A stretch of DNA of 63,545 nucleotides, counting the filler, from Diploschistes diacapsis (taxonomy: Eukaryota): the NCBI GenBank assembly GCA_023645945.1. It is 5 parts of 5 records of this genome, joined end to end, with 100 filler letters (N's around TTAATTAATTAA, not from the genome) between each part and the next. Parts side by side here need not be neighbours in the genome. Positions count along the whole stretch, not along the records: positions 12,761 to 25,394 come from JALAIB010000719.1; positions 25,495 to 38,126 come from JALAIB010000720.1; 3 more parts are not named here. The stretch is one strand, 5' to 3'. The notes under the pieces are model-generated. The model was not told the DNA's origin and did no database searches. It saw only the letters and a program-made list of their open reading frames with translations. The position numbers and the translations under genes are program-made. The first letter of the stretch is position 1, and every line of letters begins with the position of its first letter. Positions 12,761 through 26,123 of this stretch are shown here, one piece after another.

Positions 12761-12960
12761 GATTTGAGGAGTTGGATGTGCTGAAGCACCGGAGGGGGCT
12801 CGCCCCTTACGTTGGGGCCTTGTTTGGTTTTTCATCACTCGATCGATATCCACCATATTTGCATTCAACTGCATAGCGCTCAACCGCATGGGTGGCGTTG
12901 CATAGTGTGTCTAAGTTTCTAATTCTATCCTAGCATTTCATCTCCCAACCCTTCACTTTG

Positions 12961-15455
12961 CTATGTTGCCGTCCAGTCCGCTATCGACAGGATCCTCGTC
13001 GAGCAGTCGTCGCTGGCCACAGCCAGCAGGCTTCTTGCTCTGTCCTCGTCTGCATAATAGCCACTAGAAGCTTTTTGGCGTCCAGGGCTCCACGTCACCC
13101 GGATCACCGCCAACGCCGGGCAAAGCCCAGCCGCCAGGTCTATCGACTTCGTAACGGCCAAGGAGCCATCGAAGATGGCCAGCGTAATCTGGCCCGTCTC
13201 GGTGCCCAGAGCCAGGAGCGGGCAGCCGTTGCGCGCTTCGGGATGGAAGTCAACGGCAGCGACTGGCGCTGCGGCCGAGATGCTGGCTCGGCACTTGAAG
13301 CCGCCATCCTCGGCCGCCCACAGCTTGGCCTGCTTGTCCCTGCCGGCGGTCGCGAACACCAGCCCCGCGGCAGAGGGAGCCCAGGCCGCGCCCAGCACCA
13401 TCCGCGAGTGGCCTTTCGGGTCCGAGGCACAGAGACTGTAGACGTTCTTGTTCGCGCCGTCCCGCGCAAACACGGCCCACTGCCTGTCCCTCCCCACGCT
13501 GAGCAGGTGCGCGTCGTCGGCGCTGAAGCAGAGACACGTCACTGTCAGCGAGTGCGCCTTGAGCGTGGGCTGCACCTCCCGCCAGCTCTCGGTCTCGTAC
13601 AGGCGTATCACGGCGTGGTCGAGCGAGCTGGCCTTGCAGGCCGTGGCGACTAGGCTGCCGTCGTGGCTGGCGGCCACGGCGGAGATCTCGTAGCCGTGGC
13701 CGTAGAGCTTCTCCCGCTCGGGCCAGAGCGTGTGGCGCGCCAACTCGTCTTCTAGAGGGGGCCCTTGGTCCCGATCGGAATCGGACAAGGTCATAGTTTG
13801 CATGTGTTCTGTCAACCGACTGTCGTTGTTGTCGTCTTCACCGTCGATGCTGTCGGTTCCTTCGGTCTCCATGGCTTTATTGGATAGTCCGAGAACCGGA
13901 ATGCTTGCGACTTCTGGCAGATCGTGGCCTACTGCTCCCGAAGCGCCCGAAAGGCTCTTCAGCAGCTTGGCTGTGGCTTTTGGCTGGTCAAACACCCGCA
14001 GCAGTTTCTCATCCGCTCCTGAGATGAATTGGGTGTTGGAAATCGAGTCCACGCAGTTGAGGTCGTAGCCGTGGATCTGCGGTCTCGCAAACTCTTGCCA
14101 AGACCTCTTTTTGCCCCTGTTCCAGGGAGCATGCAGTCGGGTCGTCTGATCGGAAGAGGTGGATAGCAGATAAGACCCATCCTTGGACCAAGCTAAGCCT
14201 TTGACCTCCTTAACATGCCCAGAAACCCCAAGAGCTTGAACCCATCGATCATGATCGTCGTCATGCCGCCACACCCGCCAGCTGCCTGTGCGTCCAAGGC
14301 TTGTGACAGATGCCCCATCGTCCATCCAGAGCCCGGTCCAAAAACCGCCAGTGCTGCCAGTTGCCGTAGTAGAGCCCTTCTGGACACTGATCTCGCCGAG
14401 CCTCGTGACAGAGACCCAGACCCCGGACGTGGCCTCAGGCTCCCAAATAGCGAGCGAACTATCGGCGGAAACGGATAGCAACCTCGGCTGGCCATTCCTG
14501 GAGTCCCACCTGGCCGAGTAGACCCAATCTTCGTGGCCGAGCAGCAGAGCCTCGAAGGTAAGCGAGTAGTCTAGCCCGGCGACCAAGAATCCGTGCACCT
14601 TGCTCGAAAGCGACTTCGAGATCGATCCTGCCACGGGGTCGTTGGTGTCTGCCAAACGGGGTAAATCTGTACCTTGGTGAATACGCCATATTCGGATGTA
14701 TTTATCCTGGCTTGCTGAGGCGACGAGCAGGTCGGAATGCGAGGAGGCGCTTTCTTGAACGATATCTACCGATCGAATCCAGCCCTCATGCCCGGTTAGG
14801 GTTGCCTTTAGGGAAAAGCGCGAGCACGACCTGTCTTGCGAGATGAAAACCTGGATGAAGCTTTTCGTGCCGCCGACGACAAGCACAGTGGAATCTTCTT
14901 CTTTTCCTAGAGAATGTACCCCAACAGCCAGCGGGAAGTACTTGGGGCTCAAGCAGATTTTCTGGGCTTGGGTTATGCGAATCCCAGAGTGCTCCTCGAC
15001 TCGCCAGACCCCGACGGAGGCATCAGCGGCTCCGGTGACAAAGGTCTTCGAGCCTTGTAGACACGCGATACAGTTCACAGCGCCCTCGTGACCTTGGACT
15101 ACAGCGTCCGACACGAAGTGGCCAGCAGCCTCCAGCGACTCCCGCCAGACGCGAATCTGCCCATCACTGGCACCACTGAGCAGGAGCGTGCGACCTGGCT
15201 CTCGAACTAGAAATTTAACAGCATTTATCTTCGCTGAATGACCGTTCAGAAGCGCGTAGACACCATCTTCAATTTCGCTCTGTCTGCGGAATTAGCCATC
15301 CAGAATTCTCAACTTTTCGCTTCAGTTACCTTCGGCTTCCAAAGAGCGACGTTGCGGTCCGCGCCGAATGCCAGCACACCGCTCGTGGGGTTATAGTCTG
15401 CTGCGGCTGGATGCCGGTTGCCTCCTACGGCGATGTATTCCAAGCGAGCGTCCAT
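12961..15455 (-). CDS. ELP2: Elongator complex subunit 2 (WD40 repeats)
   Basis: Exon 1 MDARLEYIAVGGNRHPAAADY...ALWKPK. Later motifs FEALLLGHEDWVYS, ARPQIHGYDLNC, LWPEREKLYGHGYEI. Confidence 0.95.
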
Positions 15456-16218
15456 CGCCAGAGAGGTCTAAGATTACAGGGTTTGAAACGGGTTGTGCAT
15501 CACAGCGAGCGAGATGAGACACTGTATGTAAATAATTTTTTTTGCCAATATTCAGAATATCGTCTTGTCAACTAGAGATAATTTACGGTGAGTAACCTGG
15601 GCAGCATAAATCATGTTCATTGAATAATCCAAAGCTCTAAATCTTATAGCTATCCTAAAATAGTCCTTTGAGACCTTCAATACCACCATTACTGCAGCTT
15701 CGGAAGCAGAGTTTATTTACCTGAGTCCACAATGTGACGATAAATCGCTGAAACAAGGGGCTGCTGAAGCTCAAGGGCGCATAAGGGAAGCCACAATGTT
15801 ACCGAATAGCATCACCAGGAGAGCTCACAGTCTTTTTGCTGCCCCCAAGGAGGGTTTTTAGTTTAGATCCAGTAGTATTGGCAAGGGATAGCACAGCTTC
15901 TTGGAGGTCTCGTACTTTGCGTCAGTAATACATTAAAATCAATAGGTATGTCATATACTGTCGTGGCGGAAAACGAAACCACCTTCTCGGATTCTTATAG
16001 AATTACAAGTTCATTATCATCAGTGCTCCCAGCCTCATCGGCCGAATTTTGCCATCTCGTTGCAAAACGATGGCCAACAGCGAGTAATAAGATCAATTAC
16101 AAGAAATAGAGATGCGGATTGTGGCTATGTTCGTAAAAGCTAAATGCTGCCCCCAAAATTGCTTGAAAACGTCAGTGGCTGCTGCCGCCCAGGGAAAAGA
16201 AAAAGAAATCTTGTGACA

Positions 16219-17207
16219 TCAAGGACCCATCTCAAGTATGCTAGTGGGATAAGGCTCCTCTGTGGTGTAGCATGAGCTGCCAGACTCTGGCCGCTGCAAA
16301 GCGCGCGGGTACGATTGCTCGGACGGGCGCGGGTCTCTGTTGTCTGAATTCGTAACGGGATCTATCCGTTTCGACGGATGAAACGCCTCAAACGCGTAAG
16401 GGGCATATGGTGGAGACACTGATCGCGTCGCAGACCTCGGACCGGAGGAGTAGACGAGCGGAACATCCATGGCCGTTTGGGGAGGCAATGGCATTGGCTT
16501 GTTGCGCAGAGCAGGACTGAGATGAGACTTTGGGTTGGCGAGTGGAGATCTGGCATTGGCATACATGGTAACGGGCACTGTCCGATTCTCGCTCAGGTAA
16601 GGGTGGCCGTGGAGATCTTCTGCCGATGTTCCATACACCTTGTCCAAATTGTAAACGACCCGTTTGGTAGTTTTTCGACGGCGTTTACACATCCTGACGC
16701 AGAGAACTATCATCGCAACAAGAGCGACGAGGATTGGCACACCTACTCCGACTCCAATGCCAATCTCGTACTTCTCAACCGTCGTTAATGAAGACACATT
16801 CGAATTCGACGTGTCTGGCGAGTCACTCGTTGGGGTAATTGTCGGCGTAAAGAGCGCGGAATTGACGCCGTTGGTGGGGGTTGCTGTAGGGAGACAGGAC
16901 GAGAAAGTGGCCGTGACTGGGGGCGCAACTTCCATGAGGCATATGTTCTTCCAATTCTGAATGCTCGTCTCGAAGTCTGTCTGGTTGCATGCCTGCTGGA
17001 CACAACAGGCATAGTTTGTGGACCACTGAGAGTTTTTGCAGAGGCAGGCATTTTCGGCCTGGCATTCAATTGTAATATTATTATTCGTGCATTGGTTCTA
17101 TAAAGTTTCAGAGCCGAATCTTTCTGACGTCCTTGTGGGATCCATGTATATATACTTACTGCGCAGCTGGGACCTTGGATTGTAAAGACATAGCTTATAT
17201 TACTCAT
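16219..17207 (-). CDS. CFEM-domain single-pass membrane protein
   Basis: Exon 1 (17207-17160) and exon 2 (from 17097) joined by a 62-nt GT-AG intron give PSCANQCTNNNITIECQAENACLCKNSQWSTNYACCVQQACNQTDFETSIQNWKNIC. A S/T-rich stalk, TM IGIGVGVGVPILVALVAMIVLCV and basic KRRRK follow. Confidence 0.75.
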
Positions 17208-17868
17208 CTTGTCTGCTTGGTAAAGACTGGACAGGTTGAAAAGAGTGTATGTGTGGAAAAGACTGAATATTGGTGACAACACCAGCCAAAAGGCGAGAGG
17301 TTGCGAGACATTGTGCCTTTAATGCTCGTACCGATGGCAACCACAGAAACGATTTGTCAAATGGCAAACAGTTGACACCCATACCACCAAGATGCATAGC
17401 TGCGTGAAACTGTGTAAACAAGGCAGATATCGATGTGCTTTGGGTGCTTTTGGCTCGATGGGAAAGCGTACCTTGCAAGTTGCAACCTTGCAACGTTGCA
17501 GGCCGTGAGAGCGTCACCACCAGCCAGCCCTAGCAGAGTCGTATCGGAGCCGGAAGAACATGGAAATCAGAGACAATCAGAGTAGAAGGATGCCAAGGCC
17601 GCTCATAGGCATTTTGCCTGCTTTTTGATCTTGCTGAAACTTGATGCTGCCCTATCCATCGCATAAGGTTAAGCGAGAAAATCATGCAGATCCCGTTCGG
17701 CCCCTGCCATGCTACGGCGTAGAACCTGAACTTGAGCTTTGTGATCCCTCTACTTTCCGTACCGGCAAGGCCTCTTTCCTTTAGTTTGGCTCCATTTTTA
17801 GATGCTCTCGCTTCTTCGGCGGCGGTCATGCATGCGCTGTCCACGTGGAATGGCTATTGGTCGCGCAT

Positions 17869-19846
17869 TCAAGGCTTCCGGCCAACTTCTCGCCTAAGTC
17901 TTCCGGATGCAGAGGCTGGGCCTGCGTCTGGCCAGCCACTTACTGCATCGTCCACCTCTTCCAGGAACGTTGTGCTGTTGTGCACTGTCGTGCCAGCTAG
18001 CACGACTCTGACTCCCGGCACGCTCGCATTGACCTGTGCGACCATCTTGGCTTCTTCGTAGGTCGTGCCGCCGATCATGAACACCACAATGTCCTGCGGT
18101 TTGTCTCTCGTCATCCCGGCACCTTCGACGAACGGATATTGTTGCTCCTTGAGCTTTCCCTTGATCAGGTTCTGGAGAGTAACCTCTAACCTGGGAGAAT
18201 GCTGGGTATAGACATTCTCGACGCCCTTCAATCCTTTTAAGCGATCTCTCGCGCCGCTAAAGATTGCAGCCGATTCGAACATGTCGGTGAAGCCGCTGGC
18301 GGCTGGTAGTGACTGAAGTGAGTGATGGTACGCTAAGAGCTTGCTTATAAGCTTGACACGGTGATGGGGCAGTCCCCCAGCTATCGAGAGCAAGTCGAGC
18401 AAGGTAGACAGGGCTGAAGAAGGATGTTTTTCGTAGCGGAGAGAGTAAAGTGCAACCAGACGGAGCTTATTGCTCTGCGGTACATCCGACGACTGGATCA
18501 ATCTTTGCAGCGTCTGACATAATTAGCCGCACTCGATTATTGCCAAGTAGAGACGCACCTTTAAATCGGCCGCATGATTATCATTGCACGCAAGGCTCTG
18601 CTCTAGCTCGCTCACATCCAGCAAATTGTCCGCACTTACCCTTCTGCTCAGCTCTCCCACCAAAGAAACATGCTTGCTGACATTGCCGGACAGTTTCCGA
18701 AATTCTGGAAAGTCCTCGACAAATCGCTTCATATCTTCAATTGAATCGATGTTGGCGTTGCTTTTTGTTTTGGATTGGTACTGAACCACGTAATCTTTGA
18801 TGCTGCCTCCCAGGTCGCCAAAGTTCAGATACATGTTCTTCTTGAAGAATGGGTCCTGGTCTTGCGAGATGACTACTTCCTTCTGCTCTGGACGGATATC
18901 CGGAACGTCTTGCATATCAACTCTGCCATTGTGAATCCCTAGTTGCTCATGGACCATAGCTTGATAAGTCCATTGGGTCAATAATGGCGTGATGGGATCA
19001 TCGCGACGGTCTAATATTAGTAGGATGGGAGGCGTATCTGGCTTCCTAAACTCGAACAGTTGCTCCTCCTGGGTCATTTGGTACCGGACTTCTGTAGCGA
19101 GCTTCTTTGCCATCAAACTGTTTTTCTCATACCGTATCAACGGCTTCTTCTTGAGCGAAAGCAAAAGCGCCAGTGTTCCTTCCGTGGTCCTCTGAAGCGC
19201 GTCTGTGTTCCACATATCGGGGCTATTGGACCAAATGCGCTGCTTGGGAAACCCGAGATTGAGAGTAGCAAGATCTGGATTGACCACGATGTAGTCTGCG
19301 AAGTGCTCCTGAACACTTCTTACGATCTCGTTATCGTCGGCTTCGGCAAGTCTCTCGAGTGAAGACTTTCGTATTACGTTACTGAAATCTGGACTCATTT
19401 CTTAGTTATCCGCCCCGACCCAGCACATGACTTCTCACATATAGCGTACTCCCCGTATCTTGGGTCTCTTATCTCGTCAATGAGTAACTGCATTGAATCC
19501 GGAGAAGGTCTAACGAAGCAGAGACATCGGAGGTGTCGCATTCGCTCCCGAGCGACATTGTCGAGGCGACTGCAACGGTCAATGTAAAGCGCTTCGCATC
19601 TGCTGTAGTACATACTCAATCAAGTAAACCTCATGATTCAAAAGTGCAGACTGTGTAATAGCTGTAGAGATGATCGAGACCTGGGACCCGATCAGATCGC
19701 ATACCGAGTGGAGAACATCGTGAATATCGCACCGTCTCACTGTCTAACAGGAGTATCTTCATTTTCGCGGCCGAGGATCCATTGGCACTGTCGCCGGTCG
19801 AGACCATCTTTGAGATGTATCCCGACACGGCCTGTACAACGTCCAT
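17869..19846 (-). CDS. VPS45: Sec1/Munc18-family vacuolar sorting protein
   Basis: MDVVQAVSGYISKMVS...KMKILLLDSET, MRHLRCLCFVRPS, LLILDRRDDPITPLLTQWTYQAMVHE, KGVENVYTQHSP. Confidence 0.96.
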
Positions 19847-20277
19847 TGCGGGACTTGCACAAGCAAGACTGGCTTGCTTAGCAGAGATGTAGGAACTGAG
19901 ACGAGAGAGCTTGACGGCCTCGGGATTGTATTGCTGCGAAAATCCTGAGGCCAACTGCACATGAGCGTAGTAGCTTTCGTTGTTTTTGGATGGAGATGGA
20001 GCCTGGTGCCTATTGAATATTGACACATGAAATTCACAGAATATCTCCAGTAATCTCCGAGAACAGACGTCAGATCCATGGGATCTCGAACTTTGGTTGA
20101 AGCCCAGTCGCTTCAAACAATTTTCAAAACCACCTGCATCAGTCAACTGATGCCCGCCCTGCGTTTGGAAAACTCTACAGTCATGGCCTTGAACCGCCTT
20201 TTTCCTATTCTTCCACTCTAGACTCTACTTTCATCACTGTTATTACCTGCTGTCGTTCTTGGTCCTCGTTATTAACA

Positions 20278-22318
20278 ATGTTACCGTACATGAACGTCCG
20301 TAAGTGGAGATCGAACCCCATGTGATATTCAAACCTTCATTGTCATCAATGCTAACTATGAAAAGCTTTCGAGGGACTCGCCCGAACGTTGGGCGCATCA
20401 GTGGACGAGCGTGAGAGCGACTGATCACCTTTTTAAGTTATACTCACTGGACCGCAGTCAAACTTATTGTCGCATTCCTGTTATCTTATCCTCTTGCTGG
20501 TGTCCTAAAGCGCATTCCTGATTCCAAGCCATATCAGAAGAATCTCTTCATAATAGGGTTCGTCCCATCGTGAAGCACATGGGAGCGTTCTGAAAGTCTC
20601 GTAGAGTTGGGCTGTTCTATCTTGTTGGGCTTTTCGATCTCTGGAGTGGCATCCGAACGCTCATTATCAGCGCTGGCGGTGCCTATGCGATTGCTGCATA
20701 TGTCAAGGGCCCGTACATGCCGTGGATAGGATTCGTTTTCCTCATGGGGCACATGTCCGTGAACCATATCTATCGACAACTGCTGAATGATCCTGGTGTT
20801 GTGGATATCACTGGTATGTCAGGTAGTGGTCTAAAGGGGTCCGGCTAAGTATTGCTAGGCGTGCAGATGGTGCTTGTCATGAAAGTCAGCTTCGCCCATA
20901 AATACACCACCCCATCCTTCTAATACTTCGTTCCAGTTGACGGCTTTTTGCTGGAATGTCTACGACGGCCAGCTTCCAGAGAAGGATCTGGCAGAGGTGC
21001 AGAAGCAGAACGCTATCCGCCAACTTCCGGGACCACTTGAGTATACAGCATATGTGGTTTGTAATATGTGTCCCTCTGCACGGGTCAGACTGATAGGATA
21101 GCTGTTTTTCCCGTCGCTGTTCGCCGGTCCTGCGTTCGACTATGCAGACTATCAGCGTTGGATCGAAACAAGCATGTTTGAACTTCCGCCAGGGACAGAT
21201 CCGGCACGAGCGCCTAGAGTCAGGAAGAAGCGGAAGATTCCACGCAGCGGCACTCCTGCGATGATTAAGTTGGCTGCGGGCCTTGGCTGGATTCTCTTGT
21301 ATGTTGGATTTAGTTCCTGGTACTACAAAGATCTCGTCCTTGGAGAAACTTATATGGAATATTCCTTCCTTCGCCGGGTTTGGATCCTTCAGATGCTCTG
21401 CTTCACAGCGCGTCTCAAGTATTACGGAGTATGGACGTTGACGGAGGGGGCTTGTATTCTCACTGGGCTCGGTTACAACGGCGTTGACCCAAAGACCGGT
21501 CACGTAGACTGGAATAGGCTCCAGAATGTGAACGCATGGGGCGTGGAGACGGCTCAGAATTCAAGGGCCTACCTAGAGAACTGGAACATGAACACCAACA
21601 AGTGGCTTCGAAACTATATCTACCTGCGTGTAACGCCAAAGGGAAAGAAGCCTGGTTTCCGAGCCAGTCTGGCAACCTTCACGACGAGTGCGTTCTGGCA
21701 CGGCTTTTATCCTGGATACTACTTAAGCTTCGCCCTTGCCGCTTTTATACAAACTGTCGCAAAAAGTAAGTCAAGAAAGCACCTTTCGCGAAATTGCCTA
21801 ACTGTCTGGCTGTAGATTTTCGACGTTCTGTCCGACCCTTCTTCTTATCGCCCAACGGCTCGCGGCCAACAGCATACAAACCTTACTACGACATTGCATC
21901 TTTTCTTGCCACACAACTCATCTTCTCCTTTACTACGGCTCCCTTTGTCCTCCTCACTCTCCCAGATAGCCTCCTTGTGTGGTCACGCCTTTACTTCTAT
22001 GCTGTTCTCGCCGTGGGCGGCTCCGTTACCCTTTTCGCTTCACCGGCCAAGGCACACCTACAAAAGCGACTCAAGGAGTACCAGAGCATGGCGCAGCCTG
22101 ATCCTGCCGTGCTCAAGCGACAGCTCAGCCAGGACGGGTCGCCTATTTTGGGTATGCCCGGGGATCCCGCGGCTCTGGTAGACGAAGCGGTCAGGGAAAT
22201 ATCGGAGGAGATCGAGACGAGACGCAGGAAAGGCAGTCAGGTGAAAATGCCACAAGGCAAGGAGCTCGCCAGTGAACTAAAACAGAGAGTTACAGAGAAG
22301 ACCGGCATGGAGTTGTAA
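20278..22318 (+). CDS. ALE1: MBOAT lysophospholipid acyltransferase, multi-exon
   Basis: Starts MLPYMNV then GTAAGT. Motifs FFPSLFAGPAFDY, NWNMNTNKWLRNYIYLRV and SAFWHGFYPGYY (catalytic His). Confidence 0.92.
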
Positions 22319-23186
22319 AGTACAGAGAAACGGACGTAAAAGCAAGAAATAGAGCAGATTACTGATGACTGCACTTGTGAATTTTCCCAGACCTGTGGTA
22401 CATTTCTCACGCATTCTTCTGTCGTAGAGAACACCAACCGGATAGCCAGTCCGCAGTTGACTTGAGGTTGAAAGGTAACATAATAACTCAGCGGAATGGA
22501 GGAGCGCTTCAAGTATGGATATTCATAGTAAGCTACCTATCCACCTTAGAGGGTGCCGTTTTGACTTTATGCAACAGCTTGAATAACTTGTGTCCGTACA
22601 GCCACACGACTACCAGATTTCAAGTAACACTCTAGCAGGTTTTTGCGTATCTGATAGAATTGATCTCGTCTCAACTGTAGACTTGCTCTCGAAAATGTGG
22701 TTAAGGGCATGCGAGGCACAGGCAAGCTTGCGGCGGAGACCTCCCTAACATAGTAGGTGAAGCCATAAGGGATTCCAACGGCGAGCCTGTTCGACATTTA
22801 GTTACGGTATCAGATGCTTGCTTTTTGCAGCATAATTGTGACAATGGGTTCGAAGTTGGTGGTGATGGAGTTAATTTCGATGATTTTGGGTTGTGCACGA
22901 GGGTGTCATTTGCATCCCAAACAACATCTATTAGCCCCGAGATTGAGCTAAGCTTGAGGCCATAGAGAACATCAACCAATCATGGTATCACCTGCCAGGG
23001 TATTCTCTCCTTTTTATTCTACCTCGATGAACGGGGCCGGGGATGCATCCTTGCCGCTGAGAAGTAGAAGTTCACGAGCCTAGGCAGCTCGATGATTAGC
23101 CACACAACTCTAGTCTATGAACACGAAGCCACCTAGCTGCTTTATGGAACCTGATCAGACCATGACCTCTCGACTTCTTGTCGAAG

Positions 23187-24929
23187 ATGGCAAGCGACAG
23201 CAAGTCTCCACATGTTCAAGCGGGAGGCGCAGAGGAGTCTATGAGCTCGAACATACGCAATGCTGCTAATGCACCCGAAGTCGATCACAGCGCGTATGCG
23301 CCTCAGGTAGAAAGCATAGTAAGTCAAGCGATGGTTTACATCACTGATTGTCTCTAGATCGACTATGGAAGTGCTCCTGAGCCTGTTAGACAAGACGCGC
23401 CCCAAATATTGTCATATCAGGAGCAGCCACGGTCAGTGGTCGCTGGCAAGCAAAATGTTAATGGCTACTTCGTTGTTCCACGCAAGAGAGTACTGTGGTG
23501 TCTTATTGCACTGATCATGGCTATTGCCATTGCGTTGGGTGTTGGTCTTGGAGTCAGCTTGACGAGGGCAAAGTCAACCAAGTATAGGATGCCAAGAGCT
23601 CCGATATCTCTGAAGCTTGACTGACGACTTCAAGTTCGAGCCCTGTCAATACACCAACACCAGGCTCCTCCCCTATAGGTGGAGGGAACAGCACAGGAAA
23701 TAGTACTAGTGGACCAGGAGGCGTACTTGCTAATTCAATAGCAAACGATACTTCACTAGCGAGCGTTGAGACATCAAATGGCAGTAGACACATGTTCTAT
23801 CAAGACGGCAATGGCTCTGTACAGCATGCTGTATACACGAGTAGTCAATCTTCATGGTCAATTCAACTGGGAGAAATGGGTCTCAATGACGTTCGCAACA
23901 AATCTCCCATGGCAGCCGTGCGCTGCAACCTCCGTCAGGTACTGGACTCGAGACCACTAGTGATATTGTATTGGACTGCCGTCTTTTTCTTTTCTAGCAC
24001 CTAGACTGACAAAGCCAGATATATCTCCTATACTTATCGTCAAATAATTCATTGACCTCGGCGCGACTTGTTGGAAGCACCTGGCAGCTATATCCCTTGT
24101 TCCTCCCGCTGAACGTCAGCTCTGATATTCGTGCTCTCACAGCCAGCCGGATACCATCCATGGATGGTACCCGTAACGACATAGACCTTCTTGTCCTGAC
24201 CCAACGTCCAACAGCAGGCGCCTCCTTAATCTACGCAACAAGTAATGTCACGCAGGCCTCGTGGACATGGAAAGATATTACCTCAGAACTCAATAGCTCA
24301 AACTCCACGAAGAACTACTCCTTCAACACCCCCTTCGCCGTAGCTGGCAATGTCTCCAATGCCTTCCTCACGAGCTTTCTCTCGTCCAGCGTGAGCTACC
24401 CTTGGGTCGGGGTGTTTGCGAACGAAATAGGAAGTCCTTCAGATAACGTCGTTGGCGTGGGCTGGAATGGCACCGGGTTCGGAGGCTTCACTTCCTGTAC
24501 GGTTCTTTCTCCGCCTCACCCTCTCATCCTTGCCCATTCTTCCAGCTCCGGCCCGCTAACCATGCCCACGGCCCCTATATAGCATCCTTCGGCCTCTCCT
24601 ACAACACCCTCGTCCCGGCAGACTCATCCTCCCTCCCCGCCCCCATCCTATCTACCAGCTACGACCTCGCCCTAGCCGCCATCCACGGGCAGCTGTCGAT
24701 CATGTACGTCAGCAACAACCAGCTCGCGACAACTGGCGAAACAAACCTCAACGTCGGCGCCGTCAAGAACAACACCGCTTCGACCTTCCCGTTCGCGAGA
24801 CTCTCAGGCTATCTTTCGGGTGGAGGGCTGTATTATCTGTACCACCAGCTCGACGGAAGGACGGTGGCGGAAGATGTCTTCGATCCGGAGCGGGGCTGGA
24901 GTAGTGGGAATGTGACGGCGCCGGGATAG
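23187..24929 (+). CDS. Single-pass membrane protein with a fungal fucose-specific-lectin-like extracellular domain, multi-exon
   Basis: Spliced N-terminus, TM LWCLIALIMAIAIALGVGLGVSL, S/T/G linker, then NDTSLASVETSNGSRHMFYQDGNGSVQHA, NKSPMAAV and YYLYHQLDGRTVAED, with many N-x-S/T sites. The lectin fold is recognised by resemblance only. Confidence 0.6.
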
Positions 24930-25095
24930 GAGGGAGAGGTGGTTTGGATGTAATTGATGTGTTCATAATGGGAAAACCTGAGTCCTCTTGTGGAGAGGAT
25001 ATAGTACACCGTGAACCACGTCCTTCTTAGACTTGCACCCCCCCAATCGGAGACAACTCATCATGGTTGCTTCTTCTTTTTTCCACCAGCTTATT

Positions 25096-25119
25096 TCTTC
25101 TTCTTCTTCTTCTTCTTCT
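25096..25119. repeat. (TTC)n microsatellite
   Basis: About 8 copies, read directly. Confidence 0.9.
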
Positions 25120-25394
25120 AGTAGCAACGCCTTTTCCATCTCCCAACTTTTCTACTTTCACGTCCATTAACCCACCTGGCCGTAGCTCCAAAGGCCGGGG
25201 CATTTTTGCATGCGGAAAGGTACTACAAAAGTTGTAGGGATACCGCCGCTGAACGACACAGACGCTTCATTCCGGTAATGGATCGAAAAAAGCAAAGATT
25301 TTGCATCATCCTACTTTGCGTGGTACTAACTTGGCTCGCGATAATAAGAACACAGATGGTTTTTGGAATATAGGCGCATTGCCGGGGGGGGGGG

Positions 25395-25494
25395 NNNNNN
25401 NNNNNNNNNNNNNNNNNNNNNNNNNNNNNNNNNNNNNNTTAATTAATTAANNNNNNNNNNNNNNNNNNNNNNNNNNNNNNNNNNNNNNNNNNNN
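25395..25494. other. Artificial contig linker
   Basis: N-run, TTAATTAATTAA, N-run. Confidence 0.98.
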
Positions 25495-25677
25495 GTGGTG
25501 GTGGTGGTGGTGAGAGCTCTTGTGGCGCTTTGGGCGGTGGGTGGTGGGGTGCTCGGTGTGGGTAGCGTGGGCAGAGGGAGAGGTGGAGCGCTTGGGGTTG
25601 GATTTGAAGCGGAATTTGTTCGAGCGGTGCGGATATGTGTGTGGGCGTGAAGGCCAGGAGGTTTCGGGGGAAGCCAT
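25495..25677 (-). CDS. 5' fragment of an uncharacterised basic, His-rich protein cut by the contig end
   Basis: MASPETSWPSRPHTYPHRSNKFRFKSNPKR...RPKRHKSSHHHHH; the contig breaks within a (CAC)n tract. Confidence 0.45.
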
Positions 25678-26123
25678 GATCAGAGAGGGAGTTGTAAGAA
25701 GGCATGTTTAGCAAAAAGAGATCAAAGGTATGGTGAGCTGGGTATTCGGGCCGACGTTTAGCCGAAGCTTGTCCTTTGCGATAGGAATTTGGATCTGTTT
25801 TGTCGTTCGAGATAGCAACATGCTCAGTTGGGTCAATGTTTGAAAAATAGCTGTGACATCCCAAATGAGGCCCTTCATGCAGGTAGCCCTTGCCTCGCCG
25901 GCGTGCCAGGAACAGGCATACTTGAAACGCAGCCTCGTGGCAACACAACTCTGTTCTAGGCAAGTATTTGATTCTCATAAGACACTTTTGGTGTTCTGCA
26001 GGCTGTTGTCATTCATATTCTTATTCTCGGTGTAAAAGCATGTCTCTCTATGCAGAATGCCAATTTCTTCGCTCTGACTAGTTTCCTACTAAACTTTTCC
26101 CCTTGTCGCCTGAATGATGAGCC

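Noticed and set aside
12958..13760. GC-rich 3' end of ELP2 with long antisense ORFs, suggesting foreign DNA
   Set aside because: It is continuous with the ELP2 frame; high GC at third codon positions explains the shadow ORFs.
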